A stretch of DNA of 64,000 bases, from NCBI GenBank assembly GCA_050084515.1, contig CM114271.1, forward strand, positions 2,480,001 to 2,544,000. Direction: 5' to 3'. Position 1 is the stretch's first letter, and the number at the start of each line of letters is the position of its first letter. The notes below the pieces were generated by a model that was not told where the DNA came from, searched no databases, and saw only the letters and a program-made list of their open reading frames with translations. Below are positions 1 through 11,519 of the stretch, piece after piece. Source of the stretch: Blasia pusilla. Lineage: Eukaryota. A program made the position numbers and the translations under genes.

Positions 1-1100
1 TATCCCAGTAAAATTCATCTTTCTTCTCTTCTATCTAACTTATTAAGCTTTTCACTTGGAATATGAAAAAAGAAAATATAAGCAAATCTCTTAAGGAAGG
101 AAAGATTAGGCTTGTTTTATACAGAGAGATCTTGTACTATCTTTGTATGCAATATTGCCATGGATATTCTCTATATGGGATATAGAGTACATGCAAGTGC
201 TTTTGCCCAATATTCCTTAGGTATGTTCTTCTCATTCAACATAGCTCTTGATTTTTTTGCTATTTTTTTATTCTTTCTCTTCGCTAATCCATTTTCCTTT
301 AGAGAATAAGTACTAATAAGTTGCCTTGGAATGCTATGTTTTAGGAAGGCATTAAACTCTCCAGAGATAAACTCATCTCGTTGATTGGAGAATGCCATGT
401 CTAAATTTCTTTTCAACTAGATTCTTTAAATTATAGAACATGTGAAATAATTATGTTTTTTCTTCCATAAGGGATATCGATGACTTTCTAAAGAAATCAT
501 TAATGAATGATATAAAGCCTAAGATGGCCATGGGGCATGGCGTAGAGTGCGGCATAATGCATAGCACATAGGATTTTTCATATTGTATAAATTTTGACTA
601 CCACTCAAATTGAGTGGTAGTGAACATTTGAGATATTTGTGCATACAAGCTCTAGTATTTTAGTTGCAGGTTTACCTTTTCTTAGATTTAGTATCTTTGA
701 TTGCTTGCCAAAATTGAAAATAAGTATAGACTCGTGAATGAGTACTAGAGGAAGTGAAAGATGGTACTCATATCAAAATATTAGAGTTTGCCAAACTCTT
801 CAATCTCTAAGAGTTAAATATGTCCTATCTTCTTAAACCAAGTCTCCAAAACTCCAAATCTTCTTCATGTGGATTAAGTTTTCTATCCATTGTTGCTTCC
901 ATTCTAATTATCGTAGCATCTTATTTGAATATTCTACTAGATCTACTTTCGGAAATTTTGTTGCTTGGCTTTGTATGTTGAGATGGATCAAGATTGATTA
1001 TCCATACATCTATCATAGATGCATAAATGATAATTGTAATGTAATAAACTACCTACCTTTCCCTCTTGTTCCACACTTTGACCTTTAGGTTGTTGAGTCT
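1..1100 (-). mobile_element. Degenerate Ty1/Copia LTR retrotransposon relic (integrase core fragment)
   Basis: ORF 171-416(-) reads ENGLAKRKNKKIAKKSRAMLNEKNIPKEYWAKALACTLY, which matches the Copia integrase consensus QNGVAERKNRTL.E.ARSML.E.NLP..FWAEAV.TA.Y. Flanks are stop-ridden and boundaries are approximate. Confidence 0.7.
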
Positions 1101-4100
1101 CATGTGGGATTTGGGTTGTCAAGGATGATAAAATTTCTAGAGTTTGGGACTGATAAGTAAGTTCTTGACGTAGTCATTATCTAGGGGGAGGGATTTAGGT
1201 CACTTGAACCTTCATAAGTCATTTTCTAACTTGTCACTTTGAATGTCGTTGTAGTGAACTACATGAATAGTATTAAAATTGGACATATATGAGTATTATA
1301 TTGTGAGATTACATGGGCACTCTTTAACCCTTGTTAGATCCTAGTTTCAAATATTTTTACCCCTTACCCTTGTTGGATCCTCATATAATTTGGTATCCAT
1401 TGGAACTCTATTATGAGTTGAATGGGACATCCTTTGATTCATGTCAAATTTTACTCTTGAAATATTTGCATTTAAAGAACAGTGGAAAAATCAATAGGAA
1501 ACCTTTAGATCCATATTATAATTCCATACACTATATTTCAAAATCAATGATTCAAACTATGATGGAAGATCAATGGGATTAGAAGATCTTATTTATGTTA
1601 CCTACTATTTTCCTAACTTTTCTTTGGTCACTCTAGAAGCAAATGTATTCTGCTATATTAGTGGATTTCTATTTATTCTCTATTCCCTCTAGCCCTCATG
1701 GATTTCTATGTGCATAAGATCTAAAAAAAAAACTCCATGGGACATCCTTTGCATTCATTAGGCTCTTGTCCCCTCTTATAGATTCTTTCCATCAAATGTT
1801 AGTTTTTGCACATATGAGAATCACCAAAGTGAAAGATATGGGATACTCTTTGATCATATGAATGTGTGGATTACTTCATGTTCTATAAGGATCAAACAAT
1901 TTTATATGCATTGTGAAAGTGATTAGACATTTTTAAATCTTGGGAGCTACTTCGATGATTTATGTATGCTTCTGAAGAATCTATAACCAAATAAGAGCTA
2001 AGAGGGGATGGATACTTTGATTTATGGATTGATTTATATTGCATGATTTATGCTAATCGATTCTAAATTTTTGCTACTTCTAGCGTGAACTTTCAATACT
2101 TTTTTTTGGTCTACAAATGTAGACCACGAAACAAGAGTAAATTTGATTATGTGAAGCCCAAAATTCATAAGATTATTTTTTACTTCTTGTTCATCTCAAG
2201 GAAATTTATTTATCTTTCTCTTATATACATCAACATTTCTTTCAATTATTAAATAAGTAATCCAAAAATTTTGAATGTTGAGAAATCCCACCTTACCAAT
2301 ATATAAGCTTCAAGAGCCTGGATAATACTGAATGAAAGAACAATCTACGATTAAGCTTTGATAGTTCAATTTTACAATATAGGAATATCATTTGGCCATC
2401 ACGAGAATTCAACGAATGACTTAGTATTGAAGACAAATCGTAATCATAAAGTCTTTTAGGCTTCTACTCTAAGTGAGATATACTATATGTAAACCAAATA
2501 TAAACCACATCAAAATTCAGGGGATAACGCACAAGAGAAGAACAAATGTAAGGCCTTGCTACTCCGTTTAATTATCTCAAAATCCCATCTAATGGCCATT
2601 AAACTACAAGAGAAAATAATTCTTATATGGTAAGAGTGAGAGAAAGAAATCATACCAAGAATGGATACTAGAATATGGAGGAAAAAGACACTTGTCCAAA
2701 TAGTATCCATTGCAAGGGAGTATATGAAAAATATTTGTTTCCTCCTTTGGTTAGTCTGCAGAAAATATTATCTTGGTAAGAATTTTTCCTATGAAACAAC
2801 ATATTATCTCACTTCATTTTTTTGACAATGACATTATAACTCTAGAAATGATGAAGCAAACATGACTAAGTATTTTATAGATTAGTAGCATTTACTAGTC
2901 CATAAATTGAATATCAACTAATGATTATTTTAAAACTCCAAAATATCTAAAGTACCAAAATTTAGATCTTCTCTTTATCCATAGAAGCACATGCTACCGA
3001 TAGTAATAGTATTTCAAGGTTTGAGTTAAAACGCATCTTCCAAAGTACAAGTATTATTTTTCCTCACTAATATAAAAAAAGATTGGTATATTATTTACTA
3101 GATCTAAGGAAGACCTCTAGATGATGATCCAATTGGGAGTTCCCAATTGTAGTACTAGAGATGAGTAAAAACTAAAAAAATTTCTTAACTCCTCAATTTT
3201 ATACACATTTTAGACTTAATCGTGACGTTTCCATCTTATTTGCACTTCAACGAAAAGGCTTAGATGTACTTATGTTAAGAAGTTGGTATGGTATGTAAAA
3301 ATCTTCTGAATGTTTCTTCCATATTAGATTAAATTAATAGTGCAAAATTTTCAAGTTTTAAATATAAGAGTGACTGAAAAATTCATGATCGAAAGCGGCC
3401 AAAATTTTCAAGGTATGGTTTTTTATCTCTATTTATATTACGAAGATAAAAGGACACACATCTAATATGGAACAATTTATTTACCTCCAAGGGAATTGGA
3501 AAAGCACTATAGTGAACGTTAGTGGGTTAAACCATAATATTTTCATGACTTGAAACAAATGAATGTAATGATAAGATAGCTCTAGGATATCTTTATTTAA
3601 AACTATAAGGTCTCACCTCATAGGAATTATCTTCTCTTCTACCAAAATTCATTGACCCCGTTAATTGAAGTGTCTTATTTCGAACCATCTATATTGACTT
3701 CTCTTCATGAAAATGTTTATGATGGGTCAAATTCCCAAAAAAAAGTATGCACAAGCCAATGCTAGTCAATATATTCTATAAAATCATCTGACTACCCGAT
3801 CTTTACTCATGAAAGAAGCTCAATTAAGGATATTTTCATTTACAAAAGCTAAATGTATGACAACTCCACTACTATTTAGAGTAAAACTCTCACACTTATT
3901 TTTATTTTTTTCAAAAGACTTTTCATAGTAAGTTGTTAAAATGACATTTTAAGGATGTTGGTCCACTCAACTAGACATAAAATCTTCTACCTTCCCACTC
4001 TTAGTTGCACAATAATGGACAAGTCCACAAATTCCACTCTCCTGCCCCTCCAAATGGAAATCTTTAAATATTGAGTTTCCCAATTAAATATTTCTCAAGG

Positions 4101-5961
4101 TTGTAAGATTGTCAAAAGGATGTGGGCAAAGACGATGAGATGATTGAGTTGATACAAACAAGAAGGCAAGGCCAATAAGGTTTGGGGAGGGGGAGATATG
4201 AGGTAAGGGTAGAGACACAATCCCTACCCTTGTCCTTGTCTCTCATCCTCTTGCCTTAGATGGGGTTGGGGATGGAAAGGATAAGGTAGGATCAACATGG
4301 GATGGAGAGAGATGGCGCATGTGTAGGAGGAGATGACATAGGATGATCGAGAATGACATGAGGTATGTCATGACCATACGGATTATGTCGTAGGGTATAG
4401 TCTGCTAGTAGAGGCCATACCTCATGTAGGGCCGTAGTGTCTAGGTAGAGATGCGGTTTCATACATAGGGTTGGGGGTTACTCAGTTGAGGATGACTTGT
4501 CCAGTAGGGCCCGCTCTTAGGTTGGAGGATATAGTGTGGATGTTCGTGGCTTGTGGCCTATGTTGGAGGTGGAAATCTGGTGCGTGGTTGGTTGGGAAAG
4601 AAGCGCCTAGCTGAGAGCTTTCCAACGGGCTTTAGATCATCGGATTTTGTCAAGGGAGTTGGAAGTTATCAAGGATTGAAGATTCTGGTTCGTGTTCGAC
4701 GATTTTCTCATGTGGAGAGCTTGGAGTGCGGAAGCTCTGTTGAAGTTCATCCAGATTGGGTGAGAGGTTCCTATTGCTACTTGTATTGTAATCTCCTGTG
4801 AAGCTATCTGCTTGAGTGTGTGGAGCGTTACGGATTTTTGCGTGCCGGACGGAAGCGCTGTCGGATTTGCGGTTTTGGAGGTGTATGGACAGCAAGTTTG
4901 TCTGAGTTTTAGCTCGGAGTACAGAGCTCGGTTACAGCTGATTTTTTGTGGAGAGATAGCTATGGTGGTCCATTGAATTTTGGTTGAAATAGATTCAATT
5001 TTGGTTGAGGATTTGTGGAGTAATTGCTGATCGAAATTTTGCGGACTAGCTCAAGGTCTGGCTATGGTGGACAGTAGATCGGAGGGGCTGGTTGGTTGGT
5101 GATTCGTTTATTTTTGGAGATGCCTATCCCATTGGGGGCGCCCTGGTTGGGCCTCTCTCCCTAGCGAAGCATGGCAAAGCGTGGCAAACGGGGCATGTCT
5201 CGAGCATTTTGAGGCTTCGAGGCAACTCGTGGTAGCTCGGGGCGAGTGGGCGTGAGAGGCAGAGTAAGGAGCAAGAAGCAAGCAAGCAAGTTGCTTGCTT
5301 GGGCGTGAGGCAGTTTTTTCACGATTTGTGATTTGAGTGTTACATAACTGGTCACCCATCTTTGGGCTATTCTGCCTGGAAGACGCTTAACTGCTGAGTT
5401 CTTAACTATGCCAGTGTACACATTGGTGTAGCTCATTTGGTGCTGTTTGGAGATGTGTTAGGCGCTTTATGCATCTCAAGTTTTTGGTTGATGGATCTCT
5501 AGCGCATAGTACGGTGTAGCCTCTCCATGCATGTGATATTTTTAGGTGATGCGAGTCCAACTAGCACGTCATCGACCCGCGGCGAAGAAGCTATTGCGTT
5601 AGAATTGTGTGGTGGGTTCTGTGGATTCAGGGGGCGCCACGTTTGGTGGATTGTGTTACCTTGATTTCCATTTGAGATTGGAGGGTTGTCGTTGGACTTC
5701 CTATGTTTGGATCCCCTCCATCGTTGCTGCTTGCTTGCGCGCCCATTGTTAGGGTTTACGCTGATTTCCATAGTAGTGTTACTCTTGTTGTGCTACCGGT
5801 AGTGAGGCTAAAGTGATGACCAGTAGACCGTGGGAGGCTTCTTGTAGTGATGACAGGTTAGGTTGCCTACACCCATAGCTAGTAGAGCTAGAATAGAATA
5901 GCGACATCGACGTCACTTGGTTACTTAGTGGTGGTAATTTGGTGGTGGTGCGACATCGGCG

Positions 5962-7356
5962 TTGGTCATCACGGAGTTGTCTGGTGGTCTGGTTGGGGAC
6001 TGTGGTGCGGACAGTGGTGGTTTAACACAGAGTGGATTGAGGTATCGACTACCTTTTCCACTTCCGACGGTTGATGAAGAGGAGGACGAGGGTGTTCCAA
6101 ACACCGAGTCTTCTACGTTGTTATCGAGTATTGCAGCTCCATTGATTTGGGACATGGACGGGATATATGGGGCCATGAAGGGCCCACGACGATACTCGGG
6201 TGTAGTGGGCACCATTGAGTTGGAGGACTTCATGCAGGAGTTTGATACGTGGTGTGATATGCAGATGTTGCAGAACGCCACGTTGTTTACACCCTTCTTG
6301 GCTTGGAAGGGGTTGTTTCAATACTTGGAGGGACCACCCATGGATGATTACCATGAGTTTAGGAAGGACCATGTTGTTGAGATTGAGGCGTGGAGACAAT
6401 ATTGGTCTCCAGGCTATGTGTCTATCACCCATGGTGGTATTGGTAGTAGTGCTCCTACTATGCCAGCCAACCCGACGTTGAGTGGTACGAGTACGAGCCG
6501 GAGTGGGGATACTAGTGGAGGTACCAGTGGGGGTACTAGTGGAGGTACTAGTGCCCCACCATTGTTCAGCCTGCTTGTAGAGTTCTTCAAGAAGTTGAAG
6601 AAGAACTATCAGGGAGTGAAGACAGAGAAGTTGAGGAGTCTTCAGGAATTTGAGCGAAAGACTGGTGAGAGTCTTCGTGAGGCAAACACTCGTATGCGAC
6701 GCTTGATTTCAGTTACCCAGGGTGTGACTGAGGCTCAGGAAGTCCAATTTTGGTATGGGATCTTGGAAAGAGAGTTGCGCCGCAAGGTACGTGATGCTAC
6801 TCTTAGGAGTGACGATTCACCTACATTGACCCATGTGTTTGCTCTATCTGAGAAGATTAAGCTTAACATGATGAAGGAGAGAGTGGTGACATCCGCATTC
6901 AGTAGGGATACAACTACTACTTCTCGTGTTCAGCATTCCACCTCACAATCACGTAGTAGTGGTGGTGGTAGTAGTAGTGGGAGTCGTGGGGGGTACACAC
7001 GACCTCAGTCAGGTCCTAGAGGGACACTTGCGCAAAGACCATTACCTTCATTTGTTGCCCCGAAGCAAGGACAGTCATGTTGGACATGTGGAGGTGATAA
7101 TGTTAGGAGGTTTTTTCCCCAAGAGGATGGGAGACGGACTTTGGAGGATGGGCCTCACTCGGCCCCAACTCAATGTGATCATTGCGGGAGACCAGGTCAC
7201 CCTCGAGAGCGTTGCTTTGATCTTCATCCAGAGTTGAGATCAGGCCGCGGCCGTGGTGGAGTAGCTCCGAGAGGCCGAGTTGGTAGAGGTGGTAGGGGTG
7301 GTAGAGGTGGACCAGTGGTTGGAGAGCCTACGGTGGCTACCCCTACCCACCACTGA
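5962..7356 (+). CDS. Retrotransposon Gag-like ORF (464 aa) with CCHC zinc knuckle and RGG-rich tail
   Basis: CDHCGRPGHPRERC zinc knuckle, a degenerate first knuckle CWTCGG, a gag-like GESLREANTRMRRL segment and RGGRGGRGG. The true start is probably one of the internal ATGs. Confidence 0.85.
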   Translation: MVITELSGGLVGDCGADSGGLTQSGLRYRLPFPLPTVDEEEDEGVPNTESSTLLSSIAAPLIWDMDGIYGAMKGPRRYSGVVGTIELEDFMQEFDTWCDMQMLQNATLFTPFLAWKGLFQYLEGPPMDDYHEFRKDHVVEIEAWRQYWSPGYVSITHGGIGSSAPTMPANPTLSGTSTSRSGDTSGGTSGGTSGGTSAPPLFSLLVEFFKKLKKNYQGVKTEKLRSLQEFERKTGESLREANTRMRRLISVTQGVTEAQEVQFWYGILERELRRKVRDATLRSDDSPTLTHVFALSEKIKLNMMKERVVTSAFSRDTTTTSRVQHSTSQSRSSGGGSSSGSRGGYTRPQSGPRGTLAQRPLPSFVAPKQGQSCWTCGGDNVRRFFPQEDGRRTLEDGPHSAPTQCDHCGRPGHPRERCFDLHPELRSGRGRGGVAPRGRVGRGGRGGRGGPVVGEPTVATPTHH

Positions 7357-7964
7357 CAGTCACTATGGGTGCCAGATTGAGCGGTTGGAGCGTGGTTGGC
7401 TACTATGGTTGGTATCCAAAGATAGAGCAGTTCGGGAGCAAGGGCTTCCACCTCTTATGGAGGGATGATCTCTCTTATATGGTGAGTGCAAAGACCTGAG
7501 GTTGAGGCATCATTTGCGATTACAAGAGGAGCCACTCGGCGTCGAGCCACGTGGTGCTCTTGTGGAGTTGGATCCACAGGAGGGGTGAGGTTGGGAGGCG
7601 GCTAGGCTTTGTCTTTCTTGTTTTTGAGGTGCTTAGGACTCCATCCATGGTTCCTCACGCAGCCTATTGAGCCTGATGGGGGGATCGAGGCATCTACATC
7701 GCGTGTAGTAGACACGGATGCAAAGACATCGATCTTGATGTGCGGATGGCAACTTCAGTATTGGGATCCCAATTGTTTTCGGCCATAGAGCTGATGGCTT
7801 TAGGAGTTGACTTAGCTCATGTATTTTATCTAGTAGCCACGTTGTGTGAACGTGGGAGTGTTACTGCTACACGTGCTGAGGTCGATGAGGGTGTTGCGGT
7901 GGAGCGACCCTCTATGTCAGGTGTAGCATTGAGTACCACAACTACTTGGTAGGCAGCAACGGCG

Positions 7965-8470
7965 AAGATGGATGCATTACCAGCCCGACCAGCCATTGAT
8001 CGTGAGAGGCTTACACCTGGTGTATGTATGTTGGACAACCGGAGTGGGATATTCCGATTGGTGAGTCATACAGGATAGGTGTATAGACTAGATAGAGTCT
8101 TGTTAGACTCTAGTGCCCAACCTTTGATGTTGGGAAAGGCGGCATGTATTGCTTTGGGTATTCGAAGGTTAGAGCTTGAGCCTTGCCCATTCCAGATTCA
8201 AATATCACTTGGAGGAGCCAATGATAGGTCTCACTTCATGACACGGGAGAAGTTTTCTGTACAATTGAGACAAGATCATGCAACTGATAGCTCCCGGTTG
8301 GGAGTACCTGCAGTGGTCACATCAGCCGAGTCGTATGATGTACTAGTTGGAGGAGAAATATTGTACCCGATGGGTTTTCAGATGGAATACTGGACTGAGA
8401 CAGCATCTTACAGACCTGGTTGGCAGTCCGGGGATGGACGTATGAGCCAAGTTCCTGTGAGATTTATTTA
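7965..8470 (+). pseudogene. Retroviral-type aspartic protease domain of pol
   Basis: RVLLDSSAQPLMLG (LD[ST]GA motif with G>S) and SYDVLVGGEIL (ILG-type C-terminal motif), in the same frame as the downstream methyltransferase. Confidence 0.8.
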
Positions 8471-8831
8471 TGGGGCTCGACCAAGAGGGTCTTCCCCAAC
8501 GGTGTTAGCATCTGTGGCTGGTTTTAGTGGAGTAGTCACTTGGCCAGGAGACTTTTTGGAGGGTAATGTTTCTGCTATGGATTCTCCTGTGCATGAGGAG
8601 GTAAAGGAGGTCCCTAGTTTTGCAGCAGTGGCATCCTCATCGTTGGATGTGCAACTTTGGAGTTCATGCGGTGCACTACGGTAGGAGGCTGATCGCCTAG
8701 TGCATGAGGCTTGGTGTGAGGCTGTTGCACCTCACGAGGAAGAGGAGGCCCCACGGCGGATTCCTACTTCTGGTCTAGTTGGATTATTCCCTTTGGATAC
8801 TACACCCATTGCATGGCAATATCCACTGGAG

Positions 8832-9785
8832 GGCATTTGTGTGTTAGATCTCTTTGGTGGGATTAGCATTAGTTTGGCTGCAGTGTTGCAGGACGGTATT
8901 CTTGTGCGGAGATACGTGTATGTGGAGCGAGATGAGACGGCACAGAGAGTCTCATCCCGACATATCGGTCAGTTGATGTAGAGATATCATGAGTTGTTGC
9001 CGCCATCAGCTATTCGTGGGTACCAGCGTGCTTTGCCGTCACTCATTGCATTGTTGGGGGCACAGGACCTTGAGAGGGTTGATCCTGTGGATTTGGTGAT
9101 TTCTGGATGGCCATGTCAGGGTCATACACGTGCTAGTCATGGTGAGGGATTACACGACCCTAGGTCTTGATTTTTTTGGGAGATGTTACGGGTGTTACGA
9201 CATCTTCAGGTTCATCAGGCACGTGCTCCAGCTTACATTCTGGAGAATGTTCCATTGTTGGATGACACTCGGACCCGGATGATGGCGAGTGTTCATGAGG
9301 TGCGGTCTTGGATTGGACCAACGGTGTTGTTGGATGCAGCTCGAGTTGGCTCGCGTGCACATCGTCCACGCTTGTGGTGGACAAACTTGTTGCCCAGGGA
9401 GGTTCTACGTCGAGCATATGATGCAGTGCAGCGGGATCCTTGCCTTATAGTGGATAGTATCTTGGATACTGGGCAACTTTCTCAGGTGGTGAGGGTTATT
9501 GATCGGTCACCCATGGCAATGGTGAACCGTGTGGGCCAACCTAGGATGGCACTACCCACATTTGTGATTTTTCCCTCGTCATATGCCTATAGGGAAGGTG
9601 ATCCCGGGCTTGCATGGGATTCTCATGTGCGACAGTTGGTGGAGCCTAACGCTGATGAGAGAGAGAGCGTGCGATGGGATTTCCTACTAGTGTGACAGCG
9701 GTTGGTTCCATTTCTGAGGCTTCACGACGTCATGTGTTGGGTCAGGCCATGGACCTGAATTGTTTGACCTGGATTTTGAGTCTTG
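8832..9785 (+). pseudogene. DNMT3-like C5 cytosine DNA methyltransferase domain embedded in pol
   Basis: Motif I VLDLFGGI from 8841, motif IV DLVISGWPCQG (PC at 9111-9116), motif VI ILENV (ENV 9243-9251), motif VIII AHRPRLWWTN 9357-9386, motifs IX-X ERERAMGFP...RRHVLGQAMD ~9655-9755. Interrupted by stops at 8979 and 9168 and a +2 (GA) slip near 9660. Confidence 0.92.
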
Positions 9786-10036
9786 GGATGGCCGAGGAGC
9801 GTCGACTTCGAACTATGTCTATGGATCTTCCATCCCTTGTGATGAGCTCGATGGCTACCGGGACGGTAGAGACATCGGCGGGGGGCGAGGAGAATAGTAT
9901 TTTGCATCCTTGGAGTAAATGGGATGTTATGGTTGGGCATGTGGAGTTGGTTTCTCATGTTGGTGGAGGAGTTATTTGCTCAGATGATGGTGTAGCTAAG
10001 GGTGTACCATCTTGTGAAGGGGTTGCCTAGCAGCCA

Positions 10037-11150
10037 ATGGCGTCGTCCTCTCCCTCTAGTGTGCGAGTGGAGGAGACTTGGAAGCCATTACTTGGTCCCA
10101 AGCTTAGGGGAGGTGAGAAACGACGCTTGACACAATTCCTACGTGCTTATAGGAGTTGTTTTGCCTTTAGCATGAAGGAGTTGGGTGCTTTGGTTGGACC
10201 CGGTATACGGATTGATTTGGCTAGTGATTCGCCAATCTTCCGTCGTCCCTACCGATATATTGATATGGAGAGGGACCTAATTTAGAGTAGGATGTTGGAC
10301 CTTCTGGAGGTTGGATTAGTGGAGTTTTCGCATGGAGAGTATGCATCGCCCCTTTGTCATCATGCTGCTAAAAGGATGTGCATGGCAACTACACGGATAG
10401 GCGGATGTGTGGAGATTACCGTCCTATCAATCGTCAGACCAAGGCCGATAGGTATGCCATGCCTACACCTAAGGAGATCTTTGATGTGGTGGGACAGGCA
10501 AAGATTTTTAGTACTTTGGATCTTCGGGCAGGATACCATCAGTTGCCAATTCGAGAGAGTGATAAGGCCAAGACAGCATTTGGGGTGTTAACTCTCATGG
10601 CAAGGATTGTTTTTACCAGTGGAAATTCTTACCCTTTGGGTTGAAGAATGCACCTGCCGAGTTCCATAGAGTGATGGAAAGGATCCTAGCAGGGTTGGAT
10701 TTTGTTCGGTGTTACATTGATGATATCTTGGTGTTCAGTAACATAATGGAGGAGCATTAGATACATTTGCAGATTGTGTTTGAGCGGTTGAAAGCTCATG
10801 GTCTACGTTTGCATCCAGGAAAGTGTAAGTTCTTCCATGAGGATGTTGAGTACTTGGGTCATGTGATCTATCCAAGTGGTTTGGGAGTTCAGCAAGCAAA
10901 GGTGGAGGCTATTGCACTTATTCCTCGTCTGGTAGATGTGAGTAGAGTTCGGGCATTCATGGGATTGGCGAACTACTATCGGAGGTATGTGAAGGGATTT
11001 AGTGCTTTGGCAAAGCCTTTGAACCAATTGTTGAAATCACTGTGCAAGCTTACAGGAAAGCTTGCACGGTGGGCTCTTATCTTACACGAGTACGACTTCC
11101 AGGTGGTACATAGACCTGGAGTTGCCAACCTTGATGCTGATGGGTTGTGT
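10037..11150 (+). pseudogene. Gypsy reverse transcriptase, frameshifted, RNase H core missing
   Basis: PIFRRPYR, RMCGDYRPIN, FSTLDLRAGYHQL, PFGLKNAP, catalytic YIDD at 10713-10724, KCKF..EDVEYLGH, VRAFMGLANYYRRYV, then directly LTGKLARWALILHEYDF. Confidence 0.93.
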
Positions 11151-11519
11151 AGGAACCCATGTACTAGCCAAGAGGATGCAACTGGGGCTAGATGGCATGG
11201 CAAGGTTGATGAGGAGATGGCGCCAGGTTGGCATGCATCCGCCTTTTAATGTTGGTTAGGGGTGGACTCTAGTATGGAGGACCACATGACATCTTACTCT
11301 AGTCAGAGGGTAGATGGCCAGCCTTCAGATCGTAAGGTTGGAGATGATGGTACGAATCAGCGTGATATTCATGATGAAGCGTTGGTGTTGGAGTTCCTAC
11401 AAAGCACTAGAGTGCCAGGAATAGTGAGTGCCAAGGAGCAAGACCGTGTTCTTCAACGTGCTAAGAGGTATTGATTGGAGGGAACACATATTCTCCGTGT
11501 GTGGGAGGATGGTAGAGTA

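Noticed and set aside
1300-4050. Additional retroelement relics in AT-rich DNA
   Set aside because: Too degenerate to support a family call by eye.
8832-9785. Host DNMT3/DRM gene or bacterial restriction-modification methylase
   Set aside because: It is intronless, in frame with the protease, flanked by gag/protease and RT, and repeated in a second element. Motif order is not DRM-like, and no restriction enzyme or bacterial context is present.
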